Positions 1 through 12,853 of a stretch of 64,000 nt of DNA are shown here, one piece after another. Source of the DNA: Lama glama (lineage: Eukaryota); NCBI GenBank assembly GCA_028534125.1, contig CM052817.1, positions 61,444,001 to 61,508,000 of the forward strand, written 5' to 3'. The position numbers and the translations under genes are program-made. Positions within the stretch are counted from its first letter, which is position 1. Each line of letters starts with the position of its first letter. Under the pieces are notes generated by a model, which was not told where the DNA came from, made no database searches, and saw only the letters and a program-made list of their open reading frames with translations.

Positions 1-1479
1 TGGACATTCTAGGGGCTACACTGCTTATCAAAGTCACCAGGCTAAGACTTAGGTGAAGTTTTAAAATTTACCTGTGGTTTTCTTTCTTTGAGGCTAGTGT
101 TAGTATCGGGTTTATTTGCCAGTTTGTCCTGAGTCTCTTACACCTTGTCATAAGTAATACATACCTAAGAGAAATAAAAGAATTAGTTAATACAGACAGG
201 TTTTCAGAAAGAAAAAGTTAACACTGTATGATATAGGCTATATTATAGAGGTGTTCGTATTCCTCTGAGCTTGAAGGGTCCTTGTGGCCAGTTGGTCTCA
301 CTTTCTCCTATGAAAGGATCCCTGCAACAGCATTACAGCCCCTACGTGAACCTCACCACTGGACAGCCCTTTCCAGTTAGACAAGTCTAATTAAGGGAAA
401 GTCCTTTTAATTAAAAGCTCGTGGTTGGTATTCGGCAAGAACATTTTAGAAAAGCAGCCAAAAGAGTTAAGTATCAGAATAGCTATGGAAGAAAAGAATC
501 ATTGTTATCTCGAAAGGAATCAAGAACTTTGTTTTCAAAGTTACATAAGTGCTTTTTCATTTATTGTAAATAGTTTTTTTTTTTTTAAGATCACTGTTTA
601 GCGCACATTGTGGCTTGTTTATGAACTGGTTCTATTCTTTGGTGAGATCTCAGGTCCTTCTGTGACTCTTTGAAAAGGGGAAGTAAATGACAGGAATCTC
701 CTGTTTGTATTCTCTAGAGATTTTTTTAAGGGCTGCTTGGTGCTAGCGTCAGGGAAATATCAGATTAGAGAATGTTTTGCTCTCACTGAAGAATCGAATA
801 CATTTCAGGTTATCTCTTAAGAGTTAAGTGTTAGTGTTTGGCTTCTCTAATGTTTATACATTTTCAAGTAAGAACTTACTAGAGGGTGTCGTTGTTGGAG
901 CAGTACATATAGTAACTTATGGTCAGCACTTCTGTTCTCAGTGATTATAATTCTGTCAAAAGCAAATTTGGTGAGATAGAGTTTTACAGGCATGTCCTAG
1001 CCAGAACCTTGTGTTAATTATTGTTGTTGCTAGGCCTGTTTATTTTGTGCCTTTGAGGATATTATTGAGTGCAGTACTTTTTTCACAAGTCAGAACTAGC
1101 TTAATATTTTGTGAATGGGCTATTTCAGTTCAATGAACATTTTGTGTGTGTGTGTGACCACTGTTAGGCAAATGTCATGTTTATTATATGACCTCTAAAG
1201 CTTCCAAACTCTTCTGAGTTCTCTGCCCTTGAGTCAAGATTAGTGTTTATCAAGCTGAAGCTTATTATGCATTCAGTTTACTGAGTCAGGACCAGCATCT
1301 TCCCTAACCCCCCTTTTTTTGTTTTATAAATAATATAGACTAGAACAGACTGTATTATAATGGATTGCATGTGAAAATATGTGTTTTTATTGGTTCATAT
1401 TTGTATCATGCAGGTCATGTTATAAAATGTATTTCTGACAGTGTATTGTGATGAAAAGTTTGAGAACAGTGGTCTATGT

Positions 1480-1722
1480 CAGTGCTCCTCAGTTTGCAGC
1501 CTCTGGACACTGGTGCCATTTTGGACTGTTGGTTCCTGGTCTGTCATGAGATAGGTACAGAAATTGGGGATAGGCATTTAGAAATTTTCGTAGCAATTTG
1601 ACATTGCCATGGTTTTTAAGCTTTTGATCAGCGGATTTGTCCCATTGAAAGATACAGACCAATTTGGGTGTTGTGAATGTGCATGGTTATGTTTCAAGTT
1701 GTGTAATGTTAAGAAGCGCTTA
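1480..1722. mobile_element. Old hAT-Charlie-type DNA transposon remnant
   Basis: Starts cagtgctcctca, ends near aagaagcgctt (degenerate inverted termini); interior resembles recalled Charlie-family MERs. Confidence 0.4.
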
Positions 1723-1965
1723 TTCTAGGGTCATCTTTCTAAATATTAGATTCACACCACAGTGGAGGGAACTAATTCTCTTAGGATAATATGCTTACCT
1801 TTTGGTAAAATAGGCAGAATGCATTTCTAATTTGCTATAGTTTCAGATTTTCTTTTCTGTAATGACAGAGGTATTAGAGGACATAATTTATAATGTTTTA
1901 TATTGTTCTTTGTTTACAAAAAAACCTTGGGAAGCTTTGGATTTCTAACATAGCTTTAATTTTAC

Positions 1966-2026
1966 AAATAAATTAATTAAATTATCAGTCAGAAATAAAT
2001 TAATTAAATTATCAGTCAGAAATAAA
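1966..2026. repeat. Perfect 27-bp tandem duplication
   Basis: aaataaattaattaaattatcagtcag at 1966-1992 and 1993-2019, plus a partial third aaataaa. Confidence 0.95.
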
Positions 2027-3059
2027 AGCAATACTGTCTTTTTATAAATAAGTTTTAGTTTCTGTAAACAGAAATAATGTTTCTCAATAAATAAAAGAAA
2101 CAGTTGAATATGTTTCAGTCCTTCCTCTATGATAGTGTAAATGTGGTTAATAAAAAAAATGAACAAATACTTGAATACTTACTGGTTTAAAATTTTTCTT
2201 TTTCATATTTAGATATTATTATCATATAGAATACTTTGAACTAATTTAATAAGATTCAGTGATGAGGATGTTGGACAAGATCCTACTTTTGAACTGATAA
2301 ATGAACTTTATGGCTCATCTTAAAGTTATTAAACAGGGATAAACCTGGCTTATCTGTGGCTAAAATAGTCACATTTGATCGTTAATTTTTGAATTCCTAG
2401 ACTCTGAGTACCACTAGATTTTTTTAAAAAACTCAAACCCACCCTCAAATTATTTTTAAGTGTTAAATAAATGGAAAAACCTAAGTTTAGACTATAAAGA
2501 ATGAGAAGTTTTCATTTCTGTGCTTTTCACAAGACAGCAGACTGACTTTGCTTTCCTAATAAGGCTGTGCTAAATGTTGGAATGCTTGTCCCCTTGAATT
2601 TTATTGAAATACCTAAAAATACCCACTTTACCAAAAAAGTTTGCAACTTAATGTGTTTAGCCTAGACAAGAATAGAAAGATGTATCTGAAAGAAATTAGA
2701 GGCAAAATTGTGCCTCCAGTATTAGTGTAGGACAGAGAGCGTGTAAGAGTGAACCCTAAACAGAATTATCTTATACTTTGGGTGTTTCAAGAACAAATAA
2801 GATATTTCGCTGTCTTCCATTTGTATTGTTTGTCTTGGTATATTTAAGATTTGGGACAATTTTTAGTCCATCTCTTCCTCTTTATAGTAAGTAGGCTCAT
2901 ACAGTTTATACGTATGTATGGGCTAATTTATTGTTCGACACTATATTTAGATTTACTCTTCTTTAATTTAATTTAACTTTCTTACAAAATGAAGTACTGT
3001 GTTTAGGAATACATTTCTGTCCCAATTAGAGGAGTGAAAGACAAGGTCCTGATAGGGGC

Positions 3060-3500
3060 ATGAAGTAGCTTATATGCTCTGGCTCCCAGTTAGCTCTCCG
3101 GCTTCATCTCTCATTGTCCTCCCAGCTTTCAGTCCCATTCTAGCCCCACTGGAACATTCTTGCTTCCAAGACTTCACACTTGCTACTTGGTCTGCCTGGA
3201 ATGTTCTACTTCAAGTCTCTGCTCAGCTCTCATCTTTTAGAGGTTTTCTCTGACTCCTTTATATAAAATAATGTATCCCTGCCCCTGTTTGCTTTATTAT
3301 ACTCCACTGCACTCATTACCATGTGACATACTTTGCTTGTTTGTTTTTAGTCCGCCTCTTCCAAATAGAATGTAAGCACCTTCAAGATAGGGATTCTTGT
3401 CTGTATTATTCATTACTGTTGCCCCACCTCCTGTGGCAGAGTCTGCTATGTTAGGGGCTCAACAAATATTTGTGTAATTAATTAGTAAATTAATGGAATA
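3060..3500 (+). mobile_element. LINE-2 3' end remnant
   Basis: Typical L2 phrases tctgcctggaatgttct, tagaatgtaagc and gctcaacaaatatttg. Confidence 0.65.
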
Positions 3501-4609
3501 AATTAATTTAAGGAAAAGCTATAGCCCAGGTGTTGCACTCAAACTTGAAGTGACATATAATACCTATACATAGGTATAATACATATTGGTCAGGAAAGAG
3601 AAGGTGCTTGGTTAAAATAATTTAAGGTAATAGAGAAGCCCATACTAATTATAACACACCTGGAGGGTTAACAGAAGTTAGATTCTGACCATAAGGGTGT
3701 GTTTGTTTGTTTGCTTGTTTATAAAAGTATAAGCTGATTCACAAGTAACTGAACACTATAAAAGTGTATTATTCCGTGACTAGGTGTATATGAATATATG
3801 TAGCTAAACCAAATTTTAAAGGATACATCATGGTTATTTCTGTAATCTCACATGCTCAGTGTCCACCTCTGTATCACAGGGCGTACATCAGACCAGCAGT
3901 CTTATTCTCTGGATTATTGGCAGCATATAACCATTGATAGTTGTAATGGGGATTACGATGCAAGTTCCTTTATTTTCTCAAGATCACCAGTGAGGAGATA
4001 CAAACACACGGTTCTTGGCACGTACCCAGAAGAAGATCACATAATGTGGTATCTTGGGATCTGCATGGCCACTGACTTCAGAAACTGGTTGCTGCTTTGA
4101 TCAAAACACCCACTTTAGCACCATAGGTGCCCTATCCTGCTGAAAAATAAAGTTATTAGGGAATTCCTGTTATTATGGGAAAAATATTTCTCTTCTCTGG
4201 AAAAATAAGGAAGAATGAACTGAAGGCACTTACTTCTTTGTTTTTGCATGTTTATAAACCTTTTAACTGAGAATTTTCTGAAGAACTTAAACTCTTATTT
4301 ATGGGGTAGTTCAAGCTGTAAAATATGTACTTTCTATAGATCGAGAATCAAATAGGTAGATAGATATCTGCTTAGATCTCTGTATATCTGTGTGTTAACT
4401 ACAAACATATGCATATATGTATGCATTACCATGAGCAACTCCTGATTTTACATAAGTTAAACCAAAAATGACATTCTATAAATAACATGATTAAAAAAGA
4501 GTAGTTATTAGTTAATAGAAAGTTAATAGTTATTCATTGTTTGAAAGCATTTCTCGCTGAAGTTTTTTGCCAGAGTTATTTCTGTGACTTTCACTTTGAT
4601 ATTACTCCA

Positions 4610-4830
4610 AGAAGGCAGCGTGTTAGAGTTGCATTTAAAGCATCTTGGGTTCAAGTCTTGGCGCTGCCATTTTCAAATTCTAAGTTGTGGTCAGATTATT
4701 TAACCTATTTGAGCATCTGCTTCCTGTAGTTAAAATGCAAAAAATACTCCTTTCCCAGGAAGAATAAATGAGATAATTTATGTAATGGGTCAAGCAAAAT
4801 TATTGGCATTTGGTATGTACTCAATAAGTG
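4610..4830 (+). mobile_element. MIR SINE remnant
   Basis: tgggttcaagtcttggc...ttatttaacct...gagcatctgcttcc...taaatgagataat core. Confidence 0.6.
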
Positions 4831-7800
4831 ATATCTTCTCATTAATTTCTAGTTTGTTGTTGTTTTCCCTTGAAACTTACCCTGGCAGATAATTTGATTA
4901 TAACAGTATATAATCAGAAATGGAGAATAATAAATTTAGCCTAATGCTCCCTTCTCTCCCTGCACCCTCCTTTTTTTCCCTCCTTGAAATTAGTGTAACC
5001 ATGTGGGCCAGGGAAGCTCAGCATAAGTCCTTCCTTCCTCCCTCCCTCTCCCGCTCGTTCCTGCTCTCTCCTGCTTGATTTCCAACTGGTCGCTGAAAAT
5101 TTCTTCTCAAGCCCCATCAGAACTCCTGTAACTACCTGAAGAGGATCTTTACAACAGAAGCCCTTTCCCCTTTACCTAGGGAAGTAATTATCTACCAGTA
5201 ACTGCCTATTCTGGATTTGTCAGAGCCACACCCAATTTCAGGACGACCTCAAGCAGAGGGAGTCCCAGGTGCTCAGATGGACTAGAACAATTCCCTTGCT
5301 TCTTTTTACCTTCTTTCTCTGGCTCTTCAAAGTCTGTCCAGCTTTGAGTTATTTCTTCCTCTCTAGAGAAAAAAAATAGACTTTATTTAGTTCCCATGGT
5401 AAGACAGAGAAAATCAAAGAGAGGGAAAGAAAATGAGACTGTATGTATGAATGCATGTGTGTGTGTGGTGAGTATAATCTTTTATAAGTTAAAAGGTTAG
5501 TTATGCTGAGATAGAATTATTTTGTACTTTTGTTTATAGATAATATAGTTTTTACATGTTCTCAGATCATTTAGAAAAAAACCACTGATGCATTGCTTTA
5601 AGTGATTTAAATATTTAGGGTTTGAGTTTTTAGGAAAGTCAACTGACTGAAAGTAAAGTTAAATATGGGAAAATTGTTTAAAGACACATCCCTCTGCACA
5701 CTCGAGTGCTCCTTTTTCCCTTCTGGAGTTGCTTTGTTATTGCAAATTGACAACTTTGCAATTAAAGTGATTAATGATGTATCCCAGTGTTTATGGGTCC
5801 TGAGGTCACTGAGCCCAAAGATGGCTGTGCTGTGGGAAACTTAGATGGAGCTCATCTCACGGAAGATGAACTAAAAATCCTCCTCTTTTCTGTATGATTG
5901 TTTATGAGTTTAAGTATATTAGATATGGTTGAAGGCGTCACCAAGACATAATGAGTAATGTGAGTAACTTTTATCAGTCCAGTTTTGTTGCATAATTCCT
6001 CATTCTTAAACACTAATGTGAACATTCATTGGCTACTTAATTAATTAAAAACATGTTACATTATAAAACAGTATTGAGAAGAATTCATTGAGTGTTCATG
6101 TGATGCAGTTTTTTATGATTCCCTTGAATCTAATCCTTAATAACGCTGTTGCGTATTTATGGCTTTGTTTTTCCTGCACGTTATTCTAACCAGGGCATCA
6201 CAATTCTAGTTTCTAATACAATCCCTTATAACTTAGATTATAAATATAATCCTTTCAGCTGTTCAGCCAAAAGTACTGAAACTGGTTGTAATGCATCACA
6301 GATTTTTATTTTGGATACTGCTCTTATAAAAATCAATCAGCTTTCAAAATAGATTGTTGTAGCCACATTGATGGTTTTGTTCTCTGAATTTCATGAGCCG
6401 AGGACAGTGCTGGGCCAAGGCACTAGTCTCTCACCGTCATGCTTTCTCCTGTACAGTGGCTCCACACTCAGGGAAGGGAGAACAGTAAGCAGATTGTTGA
6501 GCCCATGGCACCGAGCCATTGCCAGGATCTCTGCTGGCTTGAAACACGTACTTCACAAAAGTGACTTGTGATGATCACTGTGGTTGAAAGGCAGATATAT
6601 TATCCCATTGCATATTTCCCAGGATTTGAAGAGAAAAATGTCAGAATGATTTTTAATAACTATACATCACTTTAAAAACTGTTTAAGTCTTTACAAAATT
6701 ATTTGCTTTTATGTAATCTGTGACATTTCTAAAGTAAAGGAGCAGAGGCTCAATATAATATTGTTCTAAAAAAAGAAAGGCAACTATAAAAATTTTAACT
6801 TTGAAAACTATTTTTGTTTATTCATTTTTCCTTATTTGTTTCCCTTTTCTCCTCCAGGAATATAGAAAATGTATATTTCACTTTGGTGAAGGAAATGAGA
6901 TTTTCCCCCTAAAACATTAAGTTCGGCTCAGAGTCTTTGGGTATCTTACGTAACAAAGTTCAGGAAAGCACTAGTTTGCTAAGAAAGGTATTCTGTGTAA
7001 CAAAAGTTTCTGAGGATTTTATGGATTGTAATGTTTCTTGCCCTTAATTTTAGCCGCCTGGAGGAGACTTAAGTTTTTCAGACTGGCAGAGATTTACTGT
7101 CTTTACTGTTTCTTCAAAACATTTCCCGAGGGTTTTTCCCCTTTCTAACTCCAGTCCTATGAAAGGTTTCCTAAGAAAATGAAGATTCTAAAAATGAATT
7201 CCAAAAATGAATATTCTACACTTCAAATGGGTGTGGACCACAGTATTTTCTTTTTTAGACATTTAAAGGCTTTGAGTAGTCCTGTGGCTAAAATGCTTAT
7301 GTAACTTTAACTTCAAGTTTTCTAGATATCTTTGATAACAGAACCTTTGTTTTTTTTTGGTTTTGTGTTTTGGGAAGTAGTTTTCTCCAAAGCATGCTTT
7401 GAGAAATAGTCTTAATTTTTTAAAAGTGGCACATGTACAGTGCATAAAATATGGAAAACACACAAAAGAGAAAAAATAAATATTCATAGAGAGCCTCTGC
7501 TAAAATGTTGATGTGTTTCCATCCACTTTTTTCCATGCATTGATCATGCTGCATATGCTATTTTATATTTTCCTTTTTTCACTTAACATTATACAATCAG
7601 AAGCATATTATCATATAGTCAGAATTTTTTCTAAAAGTGGTTTTAATCATTGCAAAGTGTTTCATCATGTGGTTATATTACAGTTAACCATTTTCTCATT
7701 TGTATATTTAATCACTTGTTTCCTGTTTTTCACTATTACGAATTTTACTATAGGGAATGAATATCTTTATACATAAAGTCCTTTCATTATTTCAGATTAT

Positions 7801-9945
7801 TTCTATGATAGATTCCCAGATGTTGATTTAATAAGTCAAAGGGCATGAGCTTTCTTCAAGGCTTTTTACAAATAAATGCCAAATTATTTTCCGAAAGAAT
7901 GGTAATAATACATAGTTCTTCAAGCAACATATGGAGTATTCTTACAAGCATTATGTATTAACATTTTTTAAAACTACACATTTGAAAACGAAAGATGATG
8001 TATCTTTTATTTTGTTGTCCTGTGATAATTAGTTAAGTTTGATTTAAAAAAAAATTAGTGTTAACTGCTATTCATTAGTTTTCAGATTTCATTTGCCATG
8101 TATTTTATATCTCCCAAACCATGATGGTATCATAAGAATATGTAATCACACTTAAGTATAAATCTTATGTACCCTACTGATCTTTTAAAATGTGACTAAT
8201 GTATGTTATAGATTTTATTTACATATTCTGCATGTTAAAAATGTTTTTCCAAATATTTTTAATGTGGACAGGTCGACTTCTTCTGTTTATCCCCCAAAAC
8301 AAAATAACACATTAAAATGAAGGCTATTTTTAACAAAAGAGTTCAACAATTACATGGCTTAAACTGTGAGCGCCTATAAATATTGAGGTCAGATGTGTAC
8401 CTGATTGACATATCATAGAGTAACTCTAAGGGATCTTCTGTGTTTTAATGATTCTGTGACTCATTTGGTAGTTATTTAAATGTTTAAACCAACAGAACTA
8501 ATTTTTTTTTGCATCTAATGTCAACTCTTTCATTTGACATTTAACTATGAGCCGGTCTTTTTTTTCCTCTGCAAAATGAAGCTTGTGTTTTCACTGTGTA
8601 ACGGACTCAATCCTGGGATTTTGAGTGCATTGTTGCCTGTCTTGTCTTTGACTGCATTTCTTAGTTTAGGTCATTGCACTTGTGAGCTTTATCAGAAGGC
8701 AAGCAGGGCAAACATTCATAATTCAGTTTTACATTTTTTGGTGAATTCAAAATTTCAAGATGTATTTTTGTAGAACTTTCAATCCATAAAATATGTGAAG
8801 ACTGATTGTTATTCTGTGCACTCCAAACACACTAAGAGGTCAGACTCCAAAGTTAATGAAAACTAACCATTCTGGGACTTTTGTTGTTGTTGCTAACACT
8901 GTCTAAATAAGAACTAACACCTAGAAAAAACGAAGGAGTTTGTCTTCATAGACACAGGATATATGCGTTTTACTCTGAAAACCTAGTGACCGTTTAAACA
9001 TCATCTTTTTTATTAATCGGTTTTGTATTGCTAAAAGAGCCCCATGCACCTGGAAGTGTCCAGATAAAAAAGGGTATTGTCCTCTCAGTTATGGCAAATT
9101 TTCAACAATGTCCTGTGTGGTATTAATAAGTAGATCCTTTGTGATTACATCTTACTGTGAAATTTCAGTGAAAGGAGGATTCCACTTTTCTGTACTTAAA
9201 CTTGTTTCCTTTGTTTGTTATAATAACTCTATAAGCTAAAAGAGAGATTGTTTGAGAGTGCACATGGAAAGTTGTGCAACTGCACAGTATTATTCTGCAC
9301 TGCAGTAACTGAATGTTAGCATCTATTGTGGCCTCTCATTAGGTTAGCCAGTTATTCAGTCAGTGCTTGCCCTGGCTAACCAAATTAGTTGTTACTGGAA
9401 AATTCAGTTGCTGCTAAAAAATGTCGATCAGAGTTCAGTACTAGGTTATGATTATAGAGACCAAATATCCTGTGTTTGCATCTCTGTAAGTAAAAGCATC
9501 TCATGGTTGCAGCTTAAAATGATCACATTATTTACCTGCTGTGGTTACATTTTTTGAATTCTGCACTTGCTGTCTAATTCTCAGGCTCGTGTTGTGTAAG
9601 AGTCAGGCTGCTTCTGGCATTGTTAAACATAGCATATACTTTAATACTGGGGAAATAGCCTTTAAATCATTCAAAGTTTTCTGATCATTTGGTTACTATC
9701 CTTAACTATAGCCAGTGTATTGTAATAAGTAAGAACTGTTGGCTTTAGCCCCGGTCTGGTAAGTAATTTACTTTAACTCTGAAGTTCCTCATATGAAAAG
9801 TGGGAAAAATGATAGTTGCTACTTTGGTTAGTTGTCATGATTATAAGAGATAATTGCTCTGAATCAGTTATTGTTACTATCAGTCCATGCTAAATAAAGG
9901 GACAGTAATATACAAAAAAGCATATATTAAAAATAATAAATTTGA

Positions 9946-10024
9946 GTGTATATGTGCATGACTGGGACATTATGCTGTACACTGGAAATTTATTGTAACT
10001 GACTATACTTCAATTAAAATATAG
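9946..10024 (+). mobile_element. Very short 5'-truncated L1 3' end with target-site duplication
   Basis: tgactgggacattatgctgtacac...ttgtaactgactatacttcaattaaaa, flanked by taataaatttga at 9934-9945 and 10025-10036. Confidence 0.7.
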
Positions 10025-10764
10025 TAATAAATTTGAATTTGGGAATAGTTCTGTGCATGTTTTTTTATCCTTCTTTCCTTGCTCTCTCCCTCCCACGCTC
10101 ATTACTGATGACCTGTTTCAGGTCAGACACAGGGCTGATATAGAGACACAAATGGGGCATGGTCATTGCTATCACTGAAAGTTTAGTCTAGTGGAAGAGC
10201 TTACAGTTTGGTTTTAGTAGAACAGATACATTAATTTACACTTAAGAATATAAATACAAAATAAATGCTCATTTTGTGACCCAACTCACCCAGAATTGAT
10301 TCAGTATTTTCACAAAGAGACCCAATGCCCTGTGGGCATCTTCATAGGGCATTGAAAAAGCAGAAAAGACAGATACCATTGGAGATAGAGATGCAGATGA
10401 TTTGTTTCAAGAACCACTCAAGGGTCAGAAAGTCATGTTTATTTTTCTTTACCCTGTTTGGTAGGGAATAGCCTTAATTTAAAAATTAAACACTGGTACA
10501 TTAGCACACAGGATTGGTGTTTGTCTTTCCTTATTTGAGTGTGTAGAGAACTAATGAATGCCTAGTGTGTGAGGTATTGGGTCTTGCAGCATTTAGTTGC
10601 ATGAACCAGTTAGTAGACTGTGAATGGTCAAAACCATGAATTACAAAACCATAAATTTTGATGATCTGGTATATTAAGGTATATAGTAATAAAATTCCAT
10701 TAATAAGAAGTTTGTAACAATTTATGTTTTTTTCTTTTTCCTTTCTTTCTTTTTCTCCTCTCAG

Positions 10765-10807
10765 AGCATCTGCTATACCCAAGCCAGAGCCGGTTCCTGT
10801 TCAAAAG
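10765..10807 (+). CDS. PDLIM5: PDLIM5 internal exon, 43 nt, (R)ASAIPKPEPVPVQK, directly after the PDZ domain
   Basis: Long pyrimidine tract ending ctctcag, donor AAG|gtgcgt. Translation matches recalled human ASAAPKPEPVPVQK. Phase 2 to 0. Confidence 0.96.
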
Positions 10808-12434
10808 GTGCGTTTCTAGTCTAGCATCACTGAGGTACCATTTGATTGTCCCTCTTGAACCACTGTGGCTTCCATCCCTATCTCAGGCCATACTGACAGT
10901 TTATAGTTTCAGTACAGTTTTCCTCACAGTTTTCCTTTAAAGACAACTGGGAAAGTGGAAATCAATCCATACAGAATTATCATCTGTAACTATGCCTAAA
11001 TTATTTAAATATATTTCCTAGGTTGTATATTCTCAGTAACTTATATCCAAATTTCTTATATTCACTTTTGATTTGTCTGGCTTTATTTACATATTCTAAA
11101 GAGAATAAATAAGTGGTTACCAAAAATGAATATTACAATAAGCCTTTAATAACATTTTATTAATAGTGTTAATAAATTTTTAAATTACATTTGCAGAGTA
11201 TTCTTGGATTAGGTTATTGGTAGGTACCCCTCTTTCCCTCGTATATATCCTCAAATTGTTCCAAACCATTTTTCATATGCATCTGGTTTATGCTTTTTGG
11301 GGTTTTCCCCTTAATTTTACTTTTGCCTTTCCATTGAATTACTTATATTGATACACTGAGGCATTAAGCTACTTTATCCTCTCAATTACCTTATTATTTC
11401 TGTAAGATTAATTTAGATTATCTTTTTTCCCCCTCAAATTAACTGTAATAGAACCACCATTGTATACTTTTTAAAGAATTTGATTGGTTTTCTTTTGGGA
11501 TGGTAGAAACTGATTTTTGAATATCACGGAAGCTTAAGTTGTATTTTTAAACTTTACACTTGCTTTGGGATAGGGGTTTGCAAATGCAAATTCTGTTAAT
11601 TTTAGGAGGACTTGATTTTTCTTACTAGTTATTTTTTGTTTGGCTGATAGCAGTGAAGAAACATCTGAGATCTTTGGTGTTTCCTTCATGTAACTATTAA
11701 CTACTAAATATTTATTTTGGAAAGGGAAGAATTTTATTCCATCTTTAGTGATATTTCAAAACAAGAGAGAGAAATGAGATTTCAGGAAAAGAAAAGGATT
11801 GATTTTGTTTTGTTCATTTGTTTGCTTTTTTTGTTGAGTTTTTTTTAAGAAGAAATTTCTTGATTCAAAATAACTAATTAGAATGTGCAGATTTCTGAGT
11901 TAGATGAAAATGAACATTCCTTCTTTTTTTTAAATTCAACAGTTAGAAATATGCTGCTACTTCTGCATGAATCAAATAATTGTACTCTGGAGAGTAATTA
12001 AGCATGTTTGAAAGATGAAATTATAATTGAGACTCTGGATATTTTAAAATAAACATTTTGGTTAGTGATGTTTTGTTTATTGTAGGATATTTAAAACATT
12101 TTCCTTTGGAATATGTCTGAATTGGGACTTATGTTGGCCTTTTGGCTTTTTGATAACTTTCCTGCTCTATTTCCTAAATATTTTGAACTCCTTTCATTTT
12201 TATATAAAAAATATATATATGCACTCAATATGTGCATATGTGTTATGCTTGTTGGGACCAGTTAGCATGCATGCTACGTTATATCAACTCATTGTTTTTA
12301 TCTGGAAACATGTGAAGTTTGGCCTGCTAACATTGTGTTTGTGTTTTAAAAAATGAGCTGTGTGTTCTTTTCAGTGGATCTATTTTGCATGTATTTGGTG
12401 TGTTTTTGTGTATGTTTATTTTTATTTTACATAG

Positions 12435-12853
12435 GGAGAACCCAAAGAAGTAGTTAAACCTGTGCCCATTACATCTCCTGCTGTGTCCAAAGTCACTTCC
12501 ACAGCCAACATGGCCTACAATAAGGCACCACGGCCCTTTGGTTCTGTGTCTTCACCAAAAGTCACATCCATCCCATCACCATCGTCCGCCTTCACCCCAG
12601 CCCATGCGACCACTTCATCACATGCTTCCCCTTCACCTGTGGCCGCTGTCACTCCTCCCCCATTTGCTGCACCTGGACTGCATGCTAATGCCAACCTTAG
12701 TGCTGACCAGCGTTCGTCTGCACTGAGCGCTGGTAAACCTGCAGTTAATGTCCCACGGCAGCCCACAGTCACCAGCGTGTGTTCCGAGACTGCTCAGGAG
12801 CTAGCAGAGGGACAGAGAAGAGGATCCCAGGGTGACAGTACACAGCAAAATGG
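12435..12853 (+). CDS. PDLIM5: PDLIM5 exon, long form, 419 nt, GEPKEVVKPVPITSPAVSK...GSQGDSTQQN(G)
   Basis: Acceptor ttttacatag, donor GG|gtaggt. Overlaps ORF 12462..12857 and is near-identical to the recalled human Ser/Pro/Thr-rich linker. Phase 0 to 2. Confidence 0.97.
12762..12853 (+). CDS. PDLIM5: PDLIM5 exon, short form via internal acceptor, 92 nt, PTVTSVCSETAQELAEGQRRGSQGDSTQQN(G)
   Basis: Internal acggcag|CCCACA is 327 nt (109 codons) into the exon and in frame. Reproduces the recalled ENH isoform junction PVQK-PTVTSVC. Confidence 0.85.

Noticed and set aside
12515..12772. Antisense and alternate-frame ORFs over PDLIM5 exons (also 21663-21875, 42545-42934, 49341-49697)
   Set aside because: Shadow ORFs expected from GC-richer coding sequence.
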